Below, one piece after another: positions 33,612 to 47,515 of a DNA stretch of 63,264 bases. Numbering within the stretch: position 1 is the first letter of the stretch; each line of letters begins with the position of its first letter. Location of the stretch: assembly GCA_965113315.1 (NCBI GenBank), contig OZ220371.1; one strand, given 5' to 3'. The notes beneath the pieces were generated by a model, which saw only the letters and a program-made list of their open reading frames with translations, ran no database searches and was not told where the DNA came from. Source of the DNA: Podarcis vaucheri (lineage: Eukaryota). The translations under genes were made by a program, and so were the position numbers.

Positions 33612-35895
33612 TAGCTGCTTTCTTATACAGATGCAACTAAGCCTAGTTCCAGGGTGGCAATTAGCAACCCAAAGCTTCTCTATCAGTTTGTGGGATGGGT
33701 CAACCATGCTTATAGCCCAATGTACAATCTGTCTGGCAGGCAATGAGAATTCCTAAATTATGTTTTGCCAACCTTGTTCTAAAAGGCCACTTTTGTGTGT
33801 GTGTTTTCATGCTGCTTGTATACACACACCTTGCAGGCCATCACAATCTATTAAAATAATTCAAACAAATCCTCATTAGCACTTCATTTTATTGAAGCCC
33901 ATCTTTTGTTTGTACTGCCACAAAAGCAAAATAACCACTTGAGTGTAAATCAAAGCTAACATAACAGATATAACAGATTTTATGCCCGACTGTTCAGACA
34001 GATTAAGCTGCCAAATGGTTTTAAAAATTTAAGCAACACAACAATTGCTTTGTTTCTCCCGCTATTGATGGCAGTTGCATTCTGCAAGACTTTCCCTCTG
34101 TGTCATTCATTGTGCCTCTGACAAGTTTCTTCCTAATTGTAAAATTACAAACACCAGAAATGGGAGAGAACCAAGTGATAACTACAATTTATAGGCTCAA
34201 AGAATGGCCCATTCGCTCGCCCCTCCTTCATAATGATTTGCTAAAATGTTGGCTGCAATCCTCACCATTTGGCTGACTTTTTAAGTGTTCTCTAGATATA
34301 ACTTTTCAGATTCGTTACACGGCAACTGCTAATAAATGCCGCAAACTTCATCAAGTCATCCAAAACATTTATGTACTTTTAGAATGCATTTAAATAGTGT
34401 TAGGAAAATGCTCGCAAGTTGCTCAGCACCAGAAAGGTAGCATTTGCTGCTTTGCATGGGATAACTTGGGACTTACGAAAATCTTGGGTAATGTGTGCTT
34501 TATTAATTTGGCTTTTTCAAAGCAGCAGCAAATCACAACTGTTTTTATCTCTATCTGTATAAGAGACTTGTTCACACATTGCAGTAAACCCAGGAACAAA
34601 TGGGCTCTGCATAGGTACAGGTGGTTGTGTGAAAGGGTGTACGTTTTTTGGTATATCCTGCTCAGCCATGTACAAAGGTATATAGATTGTACTCTCATTG
34701 AATGTAACATATTACACTCCTAAAGAAACTCAGTTATCTCTAGATCTGTGTCAGAAGTGTTTGTTCTCATGTTTACCATAAAAGTCAATCTGTGTACATT
34801 TCATATTTAGGGAGGATATCTTTAGACAAAAGGCGATTCATGATAATATTCCTATGTATTTAAAAGTAGCAAGAGAAGTGGCTTTCCATTGGTGATGTTG
34901 GCTCAAAATGGCAATGATCATTTGCAAGATGTTTCACTCACCTTGAAATGGATAGCTTCAATTTATTTTAATTTGGGGTAGAGGGGTGAATAGCAAAATA
35001 CAAGCTCCTGGCTGCTCATCCTTGCCTCTCTGGACTAGTGCTCATTTCTTAATGAGATCAAGGAGCAAGATTTGAATTGGGGGGGGGATCTACACAGTTG
35101 AGCCCACCATCATGATTTTCAGATTATTCCACCCGTATTCCGTTTTTCTCACTTTTACTGCAAACCTTCCTCCCATTCCTTAGAAGCTGAAATTTACTGC
35201 ACAGCCATGCCTCAGTGCCTCCTCCTCTACCTTCCTTCATGGGAACCCTCCAACACTAAACCAGTTAATTGCTATTTTGTTACATATTCTCAACAACAGC
35301 AAAAAGCAATTTCTGGAAAAGTAATGGCAGGGATTGAAGTGGGCCTCTTAAAATATATTTGTAAAGTCACAGTGTGCAATGCCATTGCATTCAACCATTA
35401 TTATTATTATTAACCAAGGAAAAATGAACCTGAAATACTTTTATGTTTCAGTTTATTTCTTTTTTCATAAGAATGTCTTGAAAAACACTGACAGATCTTG
35501 GGGAAAACCCTCCGATGCTTTATTTTCCCACCAAAGAAAAAGTTTTTAAAGGCGTTCCCTATCACAAAGACACACAGAGTTCAATAATGCAATCTTATGA
35601 CACAACTGCCACAAAGTTCAATGGGTTTCTTTCCCACGGAAATGTGCTGAATGATCGGCAAAATAATTATGTGGCAGCATTTCAGCAAACACTTTATTCT
35701 CAATTTCTCATATATTTGGTCAAATCACTGGAGAGGAAAGGCAAACAGATAGCAGAAGCAAGAAGGAGTAGCCAGTGCATTGGGGTGATGGCTCTCAAAG
35801 CATATGCAGATTTTCCAGAGATCTGGCTGGGATGCTGCCTAAGAGTTCAGCCAAACAATTGTTGTGGTAGGACCAGACAGAATCAGAGCTCAGTA

Positions 35896-36121
35896 CAGTG
35901 GTACCTCAGGTTAAGGACTTAATTCGTTCTGGAGGTCCGTTCTTAACCTGAAACTGTTCTTAACCTGAAGCACCACTTTAGCTAATGGGGCCTCCTGCTC
36001 CCACTGTGCCGCCGGAGCACGATTTCTGTTCTCATCCTGAAGCAAAGTTCTTAACCCGAGGTACTATTTCTGTGTTAGCGGAGTCTGTAACCTGAAGCGT
36101 CTGTAACCCGAGGTACCACTG
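35896..36121. mobile_element. Tigger/pogo-like MITE, same family as 33416
   Basis: Same TIRs, TA TSD. Confidence 0.92.
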
Positions 36122-36793
36122 TATTGTTGTGCATTTGACAAGGCCTACACTCTAGCAGGGGGCTGAGAGATAAATCAGATTGCTTTACTTTTAGTTGGCG
36201 AATCATGTAAATACATGAGCCATCCTGTCTAGGTTGCTTGTTTAATCAAAAGGATTCCCAGGTAGGCATTTTGAAAGAGTCCTGGTTCATTAACCATCCA
36301 AGAAAGTTAAGTAAAATTTATTCTGTTTTTTCTCTAGTTGTCATTTCCTATTCGGGTGTTTTTTCCTCCACTTGATTGACATCTGTATAGTACTGAGACT
36401 TTTTAACTGCAGTACAAATGACAAGGGAATCACCGCAAATAGATAACGTCTAGTTTGAATAATATTGCTTTTCTGAGCGACAATGCTAAATTGACATACT
36501 TTGGAGTATTCTTGTTGACAATGGAACTTTTTAAAGTGAGTATTTTCCTATATATTTTTAGCTTCAGTTACAAGTGTACAATACTGAGTCAAGGCTCCAT
36601 ACTTATCTTTCCAAATCTGGGTATCTGTAAATGAATAGTTCAACTATATGGTGAATAGGGCATGTGTTTGAATCAGAGACTAAACAATTTCACACTCAGA
36701 ATTACCAACTTATTTCACTTGTTTTTTAAAAAAGTTGCCATACATGTTTGGACATTTTGCTCCGAAATTTCATGAGGGTTTATTTTAAAACCC

Positions 36794-36943
36794 CAGTGCT
36801 TTTTTTCTGGGGGGACTCAGGGGTACACACACCCCTAAACATTTTGTGAATCCAAGTTTAGCGTCATTGAGGGGCAGTATTTCAATCTGAGTAGGAAAAT
36901 GAGAGTAACCTTAAACATTTTTTTTTTAAGAAAAACTGCACTG
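36794..36943. mobile_element. hAT MITE
   Basis: TIR CAGTGCTTTTTT / AAAAACTGCACTG, 8-bp TSD TAAAACCC/TAAAATCC. Confidence 0.85.
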
Positions 36944-37100
36944 TAAAATCCTATCTCAAGGAATATATTAAAGGAACAGAGTAATTTGGTATTTTAATGG
37001 TTAGGGGACACACATTTGTGAACATTTATTATGAAGTTAACCAATGGAGAAAATTTTATATAATAAATGTTATATGTGCATACAAACAAAGAGGCACATA

Positions 37101-37342
37101 CAGTGGTACCTCGGGTTAAGTAATTAATTCGTTCCGGAGGTCTGTTCTTAACCTGAAACTGTTCTTAACCTGAAGCACCACTTTAGCTAATGGGGCCTCC
37201 TGCTGCTGCCACGCCGCCAGAGCCCGATTTCTGTTCTTATCCTGAAGCAAAGTTCTTAACCTGAAGCATTATTTCTGGGTTAGCGTGGTCTGTAACCTGA
37301 AGCGTATGTAACCTGAAGCGTATGTAACCCAAGGTACCACTG
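37101..37342. mobile_element. Tigger/pogo-like MITE, same family as 33416
   Basis: Same TIRs, TA TSD. Confidence 0.92.
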
Positions 37343-37469
37343 TATTGCAGAGGGCAGAGCTGTTCGCCCTTAACATGGCCGGAAGGCCCTTGAAATAGCT
37401 CCCTTGCTGAAACTAAGAGGTTCGTGGTTAATCAGCGCCCAGGCAGAAGACTGCCGCTAAACTCCTGAT

Positions 37470-37790
37470 GGATTAAGCCAATGACCTATCAAGTTCAGGT
37501 TCCTGTTCTCACAGTGGCCACCCAGATGCCCATGGAAAACCCATATGCAGAACCCAAGCACAAGAACAGTCTCACTTTCTGTGGCTTCCAGCAACTGGCT
37601 TCCAGCAATTCAGAAGCTTTACTGCCTCCAACCATGAAGGCAGAGTCCAATTATAATGGCTAGTCACCATTGATAGCCTTACTCCCCTTGAATTTATACA
37701 ATCTTCTTTTAAACCCATCCAAGTTGCTGGTCATCACTGCCTCTTATGCACTGCATTAATAAGAACTTTATTTCATCTGTCCTGAGGCTC
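37470..37790 (-). mobile_element. Old CR1-like LINE 3' end
   Basis: Related in reverse orientation to 50650-50850 (TTCTCACAGTGGCCA..CAGATG); family assignment from memory. Confidence 0.5.
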
Positions 37791-40700
37791 CTTCAGTTTC
37801 ACGGTGGAAGAAAAGTGGGGTATATACGTACCATATGATTAAAAATAAATATAATGGTAAGTACTCAAATAATAATAAAGCTCTGGAGAAAATGATCTGC
37901 TATTTAAATAGCTCAATAATACTTTCATTTGTGTCTATAGTGCATATGCTTGAAGTCTTCGTTGCTGCAAGTCACTTTGAGTAGGCTTTCCCTGGTATAT
38001 ACAGATTTTTTAAAAGTCATTTTTCCACTCACTGTGAAGTTAGAACTATAAGAAGTATAACTGTGTTTCACCCTCCCCTGTAAACTGATCCTTTAAAGAC
38101 CTGTGCTACTGAAAAACATTTTGTTTATTGCTGCAGCTCGCTCGCTTCTTTTGCCATTATTTCCCAACCTATTCTCACATTATAGGAATGCCAGGAGATA
38201 AATAAAAGCTCAAACTGCTCTATAGAAATATAAATCCAATGAAGAAATGGCCTCAGAGACAGCAGTGAATTATTCAGACCCATTCCTCTTGTATTTTCTG
38301 TGGCTGATTAATTCCACCGGGTACTACTGCTTGAGTCTTCATCAATGGGCCACAGTTGTGCATATATGCAAGTATGCTTCTTATATCTTTCCAATTGTGT
38401 TTGCTATTTTAATTTTAGATTTGCATTGATTTTTGAATGAAACACAGAACATATAGACATAACAGGTGCCATATTGCTGTAGAAATAACCATTACAGCTA
38501 AGTATACTGAGAGGGAAAGAAAAATACAAAACTGCAACTGAGCTTACAAAGCAGCCACAACAAATATCTATCATAAAAAAGATATTTGTGCCAGAAAAAG
38601 AAGAAATAAAAGTTCTGAACTCTTGGAAGTCAACCTATATTTTGAATAATTCAGTGATTTCAAGGAACTGAAATATGTTCATGCAATCATTTGTTTGGGC
38701 TCACAGTAAGCAATGGCATAGATTAGAGGGCTTGCTTTTATTTGTACCTCAATCAATTTAAATTATTGGTGTCTGGATTAAAAACAAGATGTATCCGAAG
38801 CACAGGCTGAGTTTTCATCTCCAGACATGAGTTTGTGTAGGGAGATAAAGGAGGGGTAGGCAAACTTCAAAACAGAAATAATTCTGAGAAAACAAAATAG
38901 AAGTAGCAGCAAGTGTCTCAAGATAGTAATACTTACTGTTCCTCTTCCTCTTCCTTGCAGCTCAACATTTCCTTGAGATTGTCCCAAATAATGGAAAGAT
39001 GATATGAGGGACTAGGCAAGAAGCAAAAATCCTAGACCTGCTGATTAGGCTGCACTAGTGCAGAGATTTCAGGGATCATGGTTCATTATTTTCTCTTTCT
39101 AATGTACATAATAAAACCAAACAAGTTTCCCATAGGCAGCATGAAGCCTCAGCATAGGACATTTGAGAGGTAAGGATGGGGTAACATTGGGGCAGTCAAG
39201 GATCCACTGAAACTAAGCCTGTCTAGCAAGCCACAAGTTATATTAGGGCCCCAAATGATGATGGTTGGCTGTGGCAGCCCTGCTGGCAGTGCAGCAAAAG
39301 TGCTTTTCCTAACCAGTGCAGTCCAGCTCTGTCACTCTTGTTAAGCCAGCCGGTTATTCACAATCATGCCTCAGATATGTCAGTTTGCATTTCTTAGTGC
39401 AGAAAGTATTGATCTGATGTGTAGAGATCTTTTCTATACCACTTAATTCAAGAGGGTTCTGGAAGATTCTCTGCGTGAAAGAAACAAGCAGAAGCTTCAT
39501 ATTTGGGTTATAACTTCAGAGAAGCCGAGTACAGCTGACTTAAACTGGTTTCTGTTATCTCTTCTGTCAAGGACATGCTGAGTATAAAATTAAGGCCAAA
39601 AGGAACCTGGGTTTCACTTTCACTTTCTATCTCTTTTCCTTCTGGCGTGGTGTTCTGTACATAGTATTCATAGTGTTAAGGTTTATTGTAAGTTATTGTA
39701 AGTTTAAATTAAGTCTGCTGGATTGCTTATGGTCATTGACAACCCTGAATGTATTGGATTTGTGACCATTATGCTCATTTGCCTTCAGTAGCAGTGAAGC
39801 TCTGCTGAATGAAATACAATTGCCTCTGGTCTATCTTTTGGGATAGTTTTTTACTCTGCTTACTATACATTGTAGTTCTGCTCTGGATCAATACTGAGTA
39901 GAATTTCATGCTTGTTATCCTGTAACAGAGGTTATACTGATCATTTCTGTGTCTATAACCTTAATATACAACTAGAAGGCAATTCTGCTACAGTGAAGTA
40001 AAGTCTTTTGCATGTAGAGAAAACCCAAAAAGAACATCTGCATACACTGATTCAGAGTAAAAATATGTTCATGTCTGGAGGAAGACTGCAGCCTCCAGGT
40101 CCGCTCCCCAAGCCACGCCCCCCAGGCCGCCACGGATTGGCTAGTTTGAATTGAGGGCCTGGCGGCAACAACCCGTCAAGCACCACAGTGGCCAGGGAAG
40201 CAGCAATGGCCTGAACAAAGATGGCAGTGGGGTGTTCTGGAGGTGCCACATTGGGCTTCAACTGCTGCTTACCCAGAAGACGGGTAAGTGGCCATTGCAG
40301 ATATTTGAGGCAAAACAAGCTACATCATTTTGATAAAAAGGGGGAAATGTAGTTATTTGGGGGAAGGAGTGCAGGGGAAGAGGGGGCATCGATATTATTA
40401 ATATTTCCCCTAGAGAGATCATTAAACAGTCTTTGCAAATGTGCAAAATAATTTATACTCTACAAGCAAGATCTTGCAAGAATTCTTCACCCCTGGAAAT
40501 TTGCCGAGGAGCCAAAAATTAATTATGACACTTAAAAATGGAGGGGATTAAGGCCACTCTACTTTTCCCAATGTCTGAATTAAAAGAAGCCATGTGACTG
40601 AGAATAAATAAAAATGACGTTCTCATTAAAAATCAATGCACTTGGTATAACACCAATTCCCCTGGTGCAGCAAAATATCCTAAAACAGTATTTCAAATAC

Positions 40701-41432
40701 TGCTAATAGTGGAAGACCAGAGCCTTCCAACTTCGTACTTCACTGAGAGAAAACAAATAACCTAATTCTGAAAGTCAAAGTAGCAAGACCATTTGACATC
40801 AATACTCATTGGATTTAAAACATGGCCCTCCTTTTTTATTGCATATCCATGACAATATCTGCTTGTTATGCTATGGCCACACATGAGCCTGCTCTTAATA
40901 GTGGTTGTGTCTGCAAAAGTTTTGGGGCAGTCACACTGCTTCCTTTCTAACCACTGCATATCCCATAATTTCCTGTTGAAATCCCATAACTTTGTATACC
41001 ACAAATCTTCTGGTTGATTTTATCCTGCTTTTGTTGTTCTATTACCCCTCTGGACAGCAATAATGTGGTAGCATCAGAAACGCAGAAAAAAATCCACTAC
41101 GGATGCATTATGGTGTTAAGACCATGCTACAGAATACATACACAATAAAACACCAGTCCAGAGGAGTCATTACTTGCTCAATCCATATTTTATTTTTAGG
41201 TGTGGGAAGAAGATCCATTGATGGGCACTCAATGCAGAGCACAAATTGGAAAGTGGAGAGTTGTGGTTCATATTGTTGTAAGATTTGGGGTTTGGGACTG
41301 GAAATAGTTAAATAAAGAGAAAAGGACCTTCAGTGACCTTTGTCTGAAGGCAACAAAATGCAGGTAACAGCACAATTAAACCATTTCTGCTGAGAAGTCC
41401 TATTGAATTTACTGGGATTTACTGTTGAGTAA

Positions 41433-41791
41433 GCGGGTGGAGCTGTGGTCTAAACCACAGAGCCTAGGGCTTGCTGACCAGAAGGTCGGCGATTCGAATC
41501 CGCGCGATGGGGTGAGCTCCCATTGTTCATTCCCAGCTCCTACCCACCTAGCAGTTCAAAAGCACGTCAAAGTGCAAGTAGATAAATAGGTACCACTCTG
41601 GCAGGAAGGTAAACAACATTTCCGTGCTCTGCTCTGGTTTGCCAGAAGGGCTTAGTCATGCTGGCCACATGATCCAGAAGCTGTCTGAGGACAAACGCCG
41701 GCTCCCTCGGCCTATAGAGCGAGTTGAGCACGCAACCCCAGAGTCGTCAGTGACTGGTCCTAACAGTCAGGGGTACCTTTACCTTACCTTA
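41433..41791 (+). mobile_element. Sauria SINE
   Basis: Head, core and ACCTTT tail. Confidence 0.92.
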
Positions 41792-43072
41792 TCTAAGTGG
41801 TATTAAGGTTGCAGCCTGAGTGCAATCCTCTGCCTGGAAAGTGAGGGGAGTGTAATGATCAAATCAGCACCATCCTCTTGTTTGTCATTTTCATAATATG
41901 AGCTGCTCAAATGAGCTAGCAAATGTTTTACAGTGTTATTCTGAGACATGTCACCGGTATGAACTTGAAAACTCCCAATAAATATAAACTAGGAGATTCC
42001 CAATCAGACATTTTCTGAGAAGTGGAAATGAAAAATCCCAATAGCAAGGTAGAACCCATGATCATTGCTCATATTTTAATACACTCCATAAACCGCAAAG
42101 CAGAGAAAACGGTCTTGCATGGGAGAAAAGAGCATTGTGGGAACATTACTCTGTCTGGGAACTCTAATTGAAAAACAGTGTAGCTTGCAAATTCTAAAAT
42201 GCTTTGTTTTCGTTATTATCTCCATACACTCCCTTTGCAATTAGGGCATGAGTAAATCAAAACCACTCTTTTGCTCTTTCTAATATTTTGAAAGCTGTTG
42301 AAGAAATCGTAATTTCCTACTGAGCAACTTCCACTCTTCCAGGCTGTGGGCGCAAATGGGGAGGTGTAAATGGAAGCTACATTGTTGGTGAGTCTCATTA
42401 TCTAATGAGAGATCTTTTATAGGGAGCCCATTTGTATTCACTTTGGATTTATAAGATTACTTCCATCCACTGACAGCTTTTGGACTCCATACTTTCTAAC
42501 TATAAACAGGGTGCAGATGTGAGAAGAGATTGCCAAGAGGGGGGGGGGGAACCAGCCCAAAAATTCAAAAGCTCTAAAAACAGCAGAAGCTGGTCTTGTC
42601 TAGTTTGATCAGGATGAAGTTGACAGTAGAACAGTAGGAAAAATCCATATTTCTGTGACAAGCAGTATATTCATTTCAAAACTAATGCTATATATGATAC
42701 TTATTTATTTATTTAGCAGGAGGTGGGGGAGAGTCTTGAATACAGCTATACACGGGAAGTTTTGATTGCATATTTTGCGGCCTGGGGAAAGACAGTGTAA
42801 TGTGAGACTGAGCAAATGTTAATGTTAAATTAGGGAAACAGATGCAACCCAGGACACTAGACAACACTCGAGGACGGAATGAATCCCCCTTCGCTATGTA
42901 AGGATGGAAGTACTTCGCCCATCACAGCTCTTATGGTCACATAATCTGTGTTCCTTTCGTTGCTGGCTGTGGTTCATCCCTCTTCACTGTTCTGTGGGAT
43001 TTGTGACTGGCATTATGCAGTGTCCTTGGTCCAGTGATGAGGCCCGGGAGATAGAGACTGTAAGGCTGTTTT

Positions 43073-43293
43073 GTTTGTTTTTTAAAAAATAATTTTTATT
43101 AACTGGCCAATCACATCAAATTAAATCATATCACATAAATTCCGAATTACAAAGCCAAATTTTAAATTTTGTTGGGGGGACCCATATTTCAAGATCCGAA
43201 GGGGAATTCTGATCATCTTCTTGCTGCTGCGTTAATGTCCCAATCAGTCCCAATCAGTCCAAACAGAGTCCAAACAGAGTTTCCACATCACAT
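43073..43293 (-). mobile_element. Short retroposed insertion, probably an L1-type 3' end
   Basis: 15-bp TSD CTGTAAGGCTGTTTT (43058-43072, 43294-43308); AATAAA and A-rich tail on the minus strand. Confidence 0.75.
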
Positions 43294-43679
43294 CTGTAAG
43301 GCTGTTTTAGAATGCAATAAGTTGATTTGCATTGGAATTGCCACAGTTTGCATGGTGACAGCATGGGTTAGGAAGGAACGTAATGTTGGCAGGGCACTTT
43401 GAGTGCCTCTTGGTTTGGATGAGTCCTATTTGGAGACAGCTTAGCCTTCAGATACCCACAGCTAAATGATTAGGGGCTTCAGGGACTGGAAAACCCTCAC
43501 ACAGAATTCAGAGATGCTCCCTTCTTCATGGGGTGAGGCAATAAGGAGAAGAAAGCATACTTTCTGATTCCATTTCTGGAAATGAACTAGGGTAGATCAT
43601 CCCTATATATCTTCAGGTGCCACACTCTATATTAGCACCAGTTATGCACAAATCAGGTCCAAAGCATTATTATTACTAT

Positions 43680-43855
43680 TAATTGCATTTATGTCCCAGC
43701 TTTCTCATTTAACCCCCACAACACCTTTGTGTGGTAGGTTAGGCTGAGAGACAGTTAGAGGTCCAAGGTCAGCCAGTGAGCTTCATGTCTGAGTGAGGAG
43801 TCAAACTCTGGTCTCACAGGTCACAGTCCAACACTATAAACTATACCACCCTGGC
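43680..43855 (-). mobile_element. Old tRNA-derived CORE/MIR-like SINE
   Basis: Minus strand reads AGCCAGGGTGGTATAGT..GCTGACCTTGG..CTCTCAGCCTAACCTACC, related to the SINE at 49684. Confidence 0.65.
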
Positions 43856-45329
43856 TGAAATAATGTACTCTGCATTCGATTGCAATTACATTAGATTAGA
43901 TTACTCTATATTAGACTGTAAGATTGTTCAGAGGTCACACTGAAGGCAAACAAGCTGTCTCTGTACAAAAGTTCAGGTGAAAGATTGTACAGCTCAAATG
44001 TTTGTGTTTACAAACTTTACACTTGTTGAATGCAATGTACAGCTACCCCTTGTGTTAGTGCCTGACCTGTCCAGTGATACCAGAAAACTCTTGGTGCTAC
44101 TTGTGGCACCCAGGTGGATCCCTGAATAGCCACCGATGGTTAATGATATTTGGATTACAGTGAATAGGCCATTTGCAGATCTTTTAATAAAGTTGTGAGC
44201 TACTTAATTCCAACCTTGATTTCCTGTCTTCATTCAAAGGCAGATGGACATAGTCTCATTTGTCACGCATTGTACACATAGGTAAGGTGGGGCCTATGGC
44301 CTGGATTAAGGCTGTTAAGAGTTTTTTTCCTGGCTCCAAATCATAGTTATATGATAGCTCAGCTATAGGCTGGTTCTTGAGGGGAAATAACATTTTCTTG
44401 AGAAAAAGGCTTGCAGGACTGACATTATCTGCTCCTGTGAGCGAGGAAAGACCTTCTGAGCAAAATGTTCTTCTCAGTATTCTATCATACCTTCCAACAT
44501 TTCTCCAGTGAAAAAAAGGGACATCCTAGAAAGGAAGAAAGGAGGAAAATAATCTAGAACAGGTAGCAGGCCTTGGACTTGGTGATATTGGGCATATATC
44601 CAGTCTGATGCACAACACTGATTCCTGTCCCAGTTGAGCTACCTGATCTGGCATTGGTTTTGACTAACAAATTAACACAGATGCTGTAGCAACTGTTTGT
44701 TCTATCTCCATGCCAGCAGTTTCAAAACTTCTGGTGCAGGCTTCCATTAGAGCAGAACAAAGATGTGCAACAGAGGAAAGGCTAGCAGTGATGAAACAGA
44801 AATCTTGCTCCCATAATTATCTTGGCTTTTCACAACATAACATGGCAGTTAGATGGAGATTCAATTACCTGCAGCCCTCTTGTGGATACTTTGTATCTCC
44901 AGAGCGCTCAGAAGAAAGGTTGCACACAATTAACCCATTACATGCAAAAGTGTGAGATCACTTACATATTCCTTTTTCTTTTAATTGCCCCAGAAATAAT
45001 AATAAATATGATTTCTTCACAGATGTCTAGGCAGGGAGATCTGTGAAGAAATCTCTCCCCCCCCGACTTGTAAGCACTGGTTGGTCACCGAGAGAACAGA
45101 CTAAGTAGATTCAGCAGGGATATTCTTAAAATGGACTAGATTAATCTCTGACCTGATCCTGCACAGCTAGCTCCTTCTATCCAAAAATATCCAAGGGTAA
45201 GGCTATGATGGGGTGGGTATACACAAAATGAAGATAAAGGCCTCTAACCTTAAGAATGCAAAGAACAGTTGATTTGGTTACCGATGGAGCCAATGCTTAT
45301 TGGGGAAGGTGTTTTATTCTTGACAGGGC

Positions 45330-45706
45330 AACTGAATTTAAGAAGAATGTTGACAAGCTGGAACATGTGCAGAGGAGGGCAACCAAGATGATCAAGATAG
45401 CGAATATCACAAGGGCTGTCACATAGAAGATGGAGCAAGCTTTTTTTCTCCTGCTCTGGAGGGTAGGACTTGGATCAACAGCTCCAAGTTACAAGAAAGG
45501 AGATTCTGACTTAACACCAGGAAGAGCTTTTTGACAGTAAGGGATGTTTGGCAGTGGAGTGTTCTTGCTCAGGAGTTGTGGACTCTCCTCATTGGGGGTT
45601 TTTAAGCAGAGTTTGGATGGCCACCTGTCATTGATGTTTTAGCTGAGATTCCTGCATTGCAGTGGGTTTGACTAGATGATGCTTGTGGTCCCTTCCAACT
45701 CTATGA
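45330..45706 (+). mobile_element. Older CR1 3' fragment with an internal deletion
   Basis: [14 protein letters not shown] motif and GGTCCCTTCCAACTCTATGAT end. Confidence 0.85.
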
Positions 45707-47480
45707 TGGCCAAATTATCTCTGACTGCCCAGAACTTTTTAGCATCTATGACCATCTATCTCTGACTCCCCAGAACTCTTTAGCATCTCAGATCTCAGGC
45801 AGAAATCCTTTTCTGTCCTGCTGTCTGAAATCCTTTAATGGGCAATTTGATGTATTGGACCGAGGACTTTCTGCATGCAGAGCTGTATGTTCCTACCCAT
45901 ATTAGCCTGCTCCCTAATACCCAAATTGCTAAATGGGACCATTTTAGAAATTCTAAATGGAGGCCTCCATTTTGGCAAAGGAATGTAGGAACTAATAAAA
46001 TAAATTTTAAAAATATCCAAGGCTCAGAAAGCTGCTAGCTACATTATTAAAGCTTAGCCGTGATCCACTCTAGTATAATTCAACCAATTCTCTTGACTAG
46101 GAGCTTTCCATCTTCTCCCTTCCAAAAAAGTGTCAATTTATTGAGACATATACACCAGAGGAAACATCTGTTTCATAAATGTAGCTAAATCATGGCACAA
46201 GGGAGATGAAGATGGAGAGATATACAACACTTCTCCACCCATTCATATTATGTGTGTGGAACAAAACATTCATCTGCTGAAACTCTGTTTTAATTATTAT
46301 CCATTTCATCTCTTGTCCACTCAAAATTGGACTCAAGTCCATCTCCTCTAAACATTAAGTACCAGGATGGTTGCTGGCAAGTACAAAATATAAGACGATT
46401 AACTGAGCAGACGTGTTACTGGAAAACTGTTCACATTTATCTTCACAGTACATTGCCTTTGTGGAAGGGGCTCTGAATCCACATTTAATTAAACTGTGTG
46501 TTCATCTTCCAGTGAACACTCCTGAGTGAAGGGAGAAAGTCAGAGAACTATAGATTGTTTTGCATAAAGCACCCACAAGGAAGCAAGCACTGGAAGGACT
46601 CCAAAGCCAACTGACTGACACCCACTAAAAGAATAGCACACACACAAGAAAAATCACCTCAGTGTTTATTGGCATCGTTGCTGACATTTCTTCTGTCTTA
46701 GAGAACCACAGAGGTTTTATAGTTATAACTTTGGTAGAACCAGACTTGGAACAGTTTGCTTGCAAACAAAGCTTTAGGAAAACCTCCAGCAACTTAATCT
46801 AAAATAGCCCCTGAGCACTCTCCTTGTTTTCTCCAAAGTGGTTGAGGGATTGCAACCCCAGTTTGTGCTCATGCAACATACCACTTCAGTTTGAAAATAT
46901 GTCGTCTTGAAATTGCTGCTCTGTGAACAGGGATGGTAATGGGGGAACACTGCTTTGCTCAGAGCAAGTGGAAGAATCTCACTTTAACAAACACAGCAGG
47001 CCACAGTGGAGGTCTACCAGTTGGCCAACAAAAAATACAGAAAATGGTGATATTATGTGGTGCTGAGAGATTTGGGGACAACCACTACCTGTTTCTCAGA
47101 GCTGATATATACCAAAGGCCAAGAGATTGCTTTGAAAGGCTATGCTCATTTCTCTCTATCTTTCAGACACCCTGTGGATGTACATTTAGCTAGCCAGTTT
47201 GCATGCAAGCTTTCCTAACATCCCTGCAGCTTTTCACACCACTGTCCCAGCAAATAAGGTCATCAGGAAGCTGATAAACCAGATAATTTTCTAGATTTGC
47301 TCCTGTAAGTTAAGCCCTGTTCATTTCAATGGAAACTCCTTAAAAACAGGATGGAAAGCAAAGGCAGCAGTAGAGGTGTATTTCTACCAAACATTTTAGT
47401 TGAAAAAAAGAACTTGATATGGATCCAAGTGTTTAATATTAAGAAGATAGATAAGTATGGGTTTCAACAAGCTTTTTTTT

Positions 47481-47514
<34 letters not shown>
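47481..47514 (+). repeat. (TAC)n microsatellite
   Basis: Read directly. Confidence 0.95.

Positions 47515-47515
<1 letters not shown>

Noticed and set aside
45717-45790. ~30-bp direct duplication (also CATAATTTCAGGGAACCTG x2 at 14560-14602)
   Set aside because: Ordinary local slippage or repair duplications.
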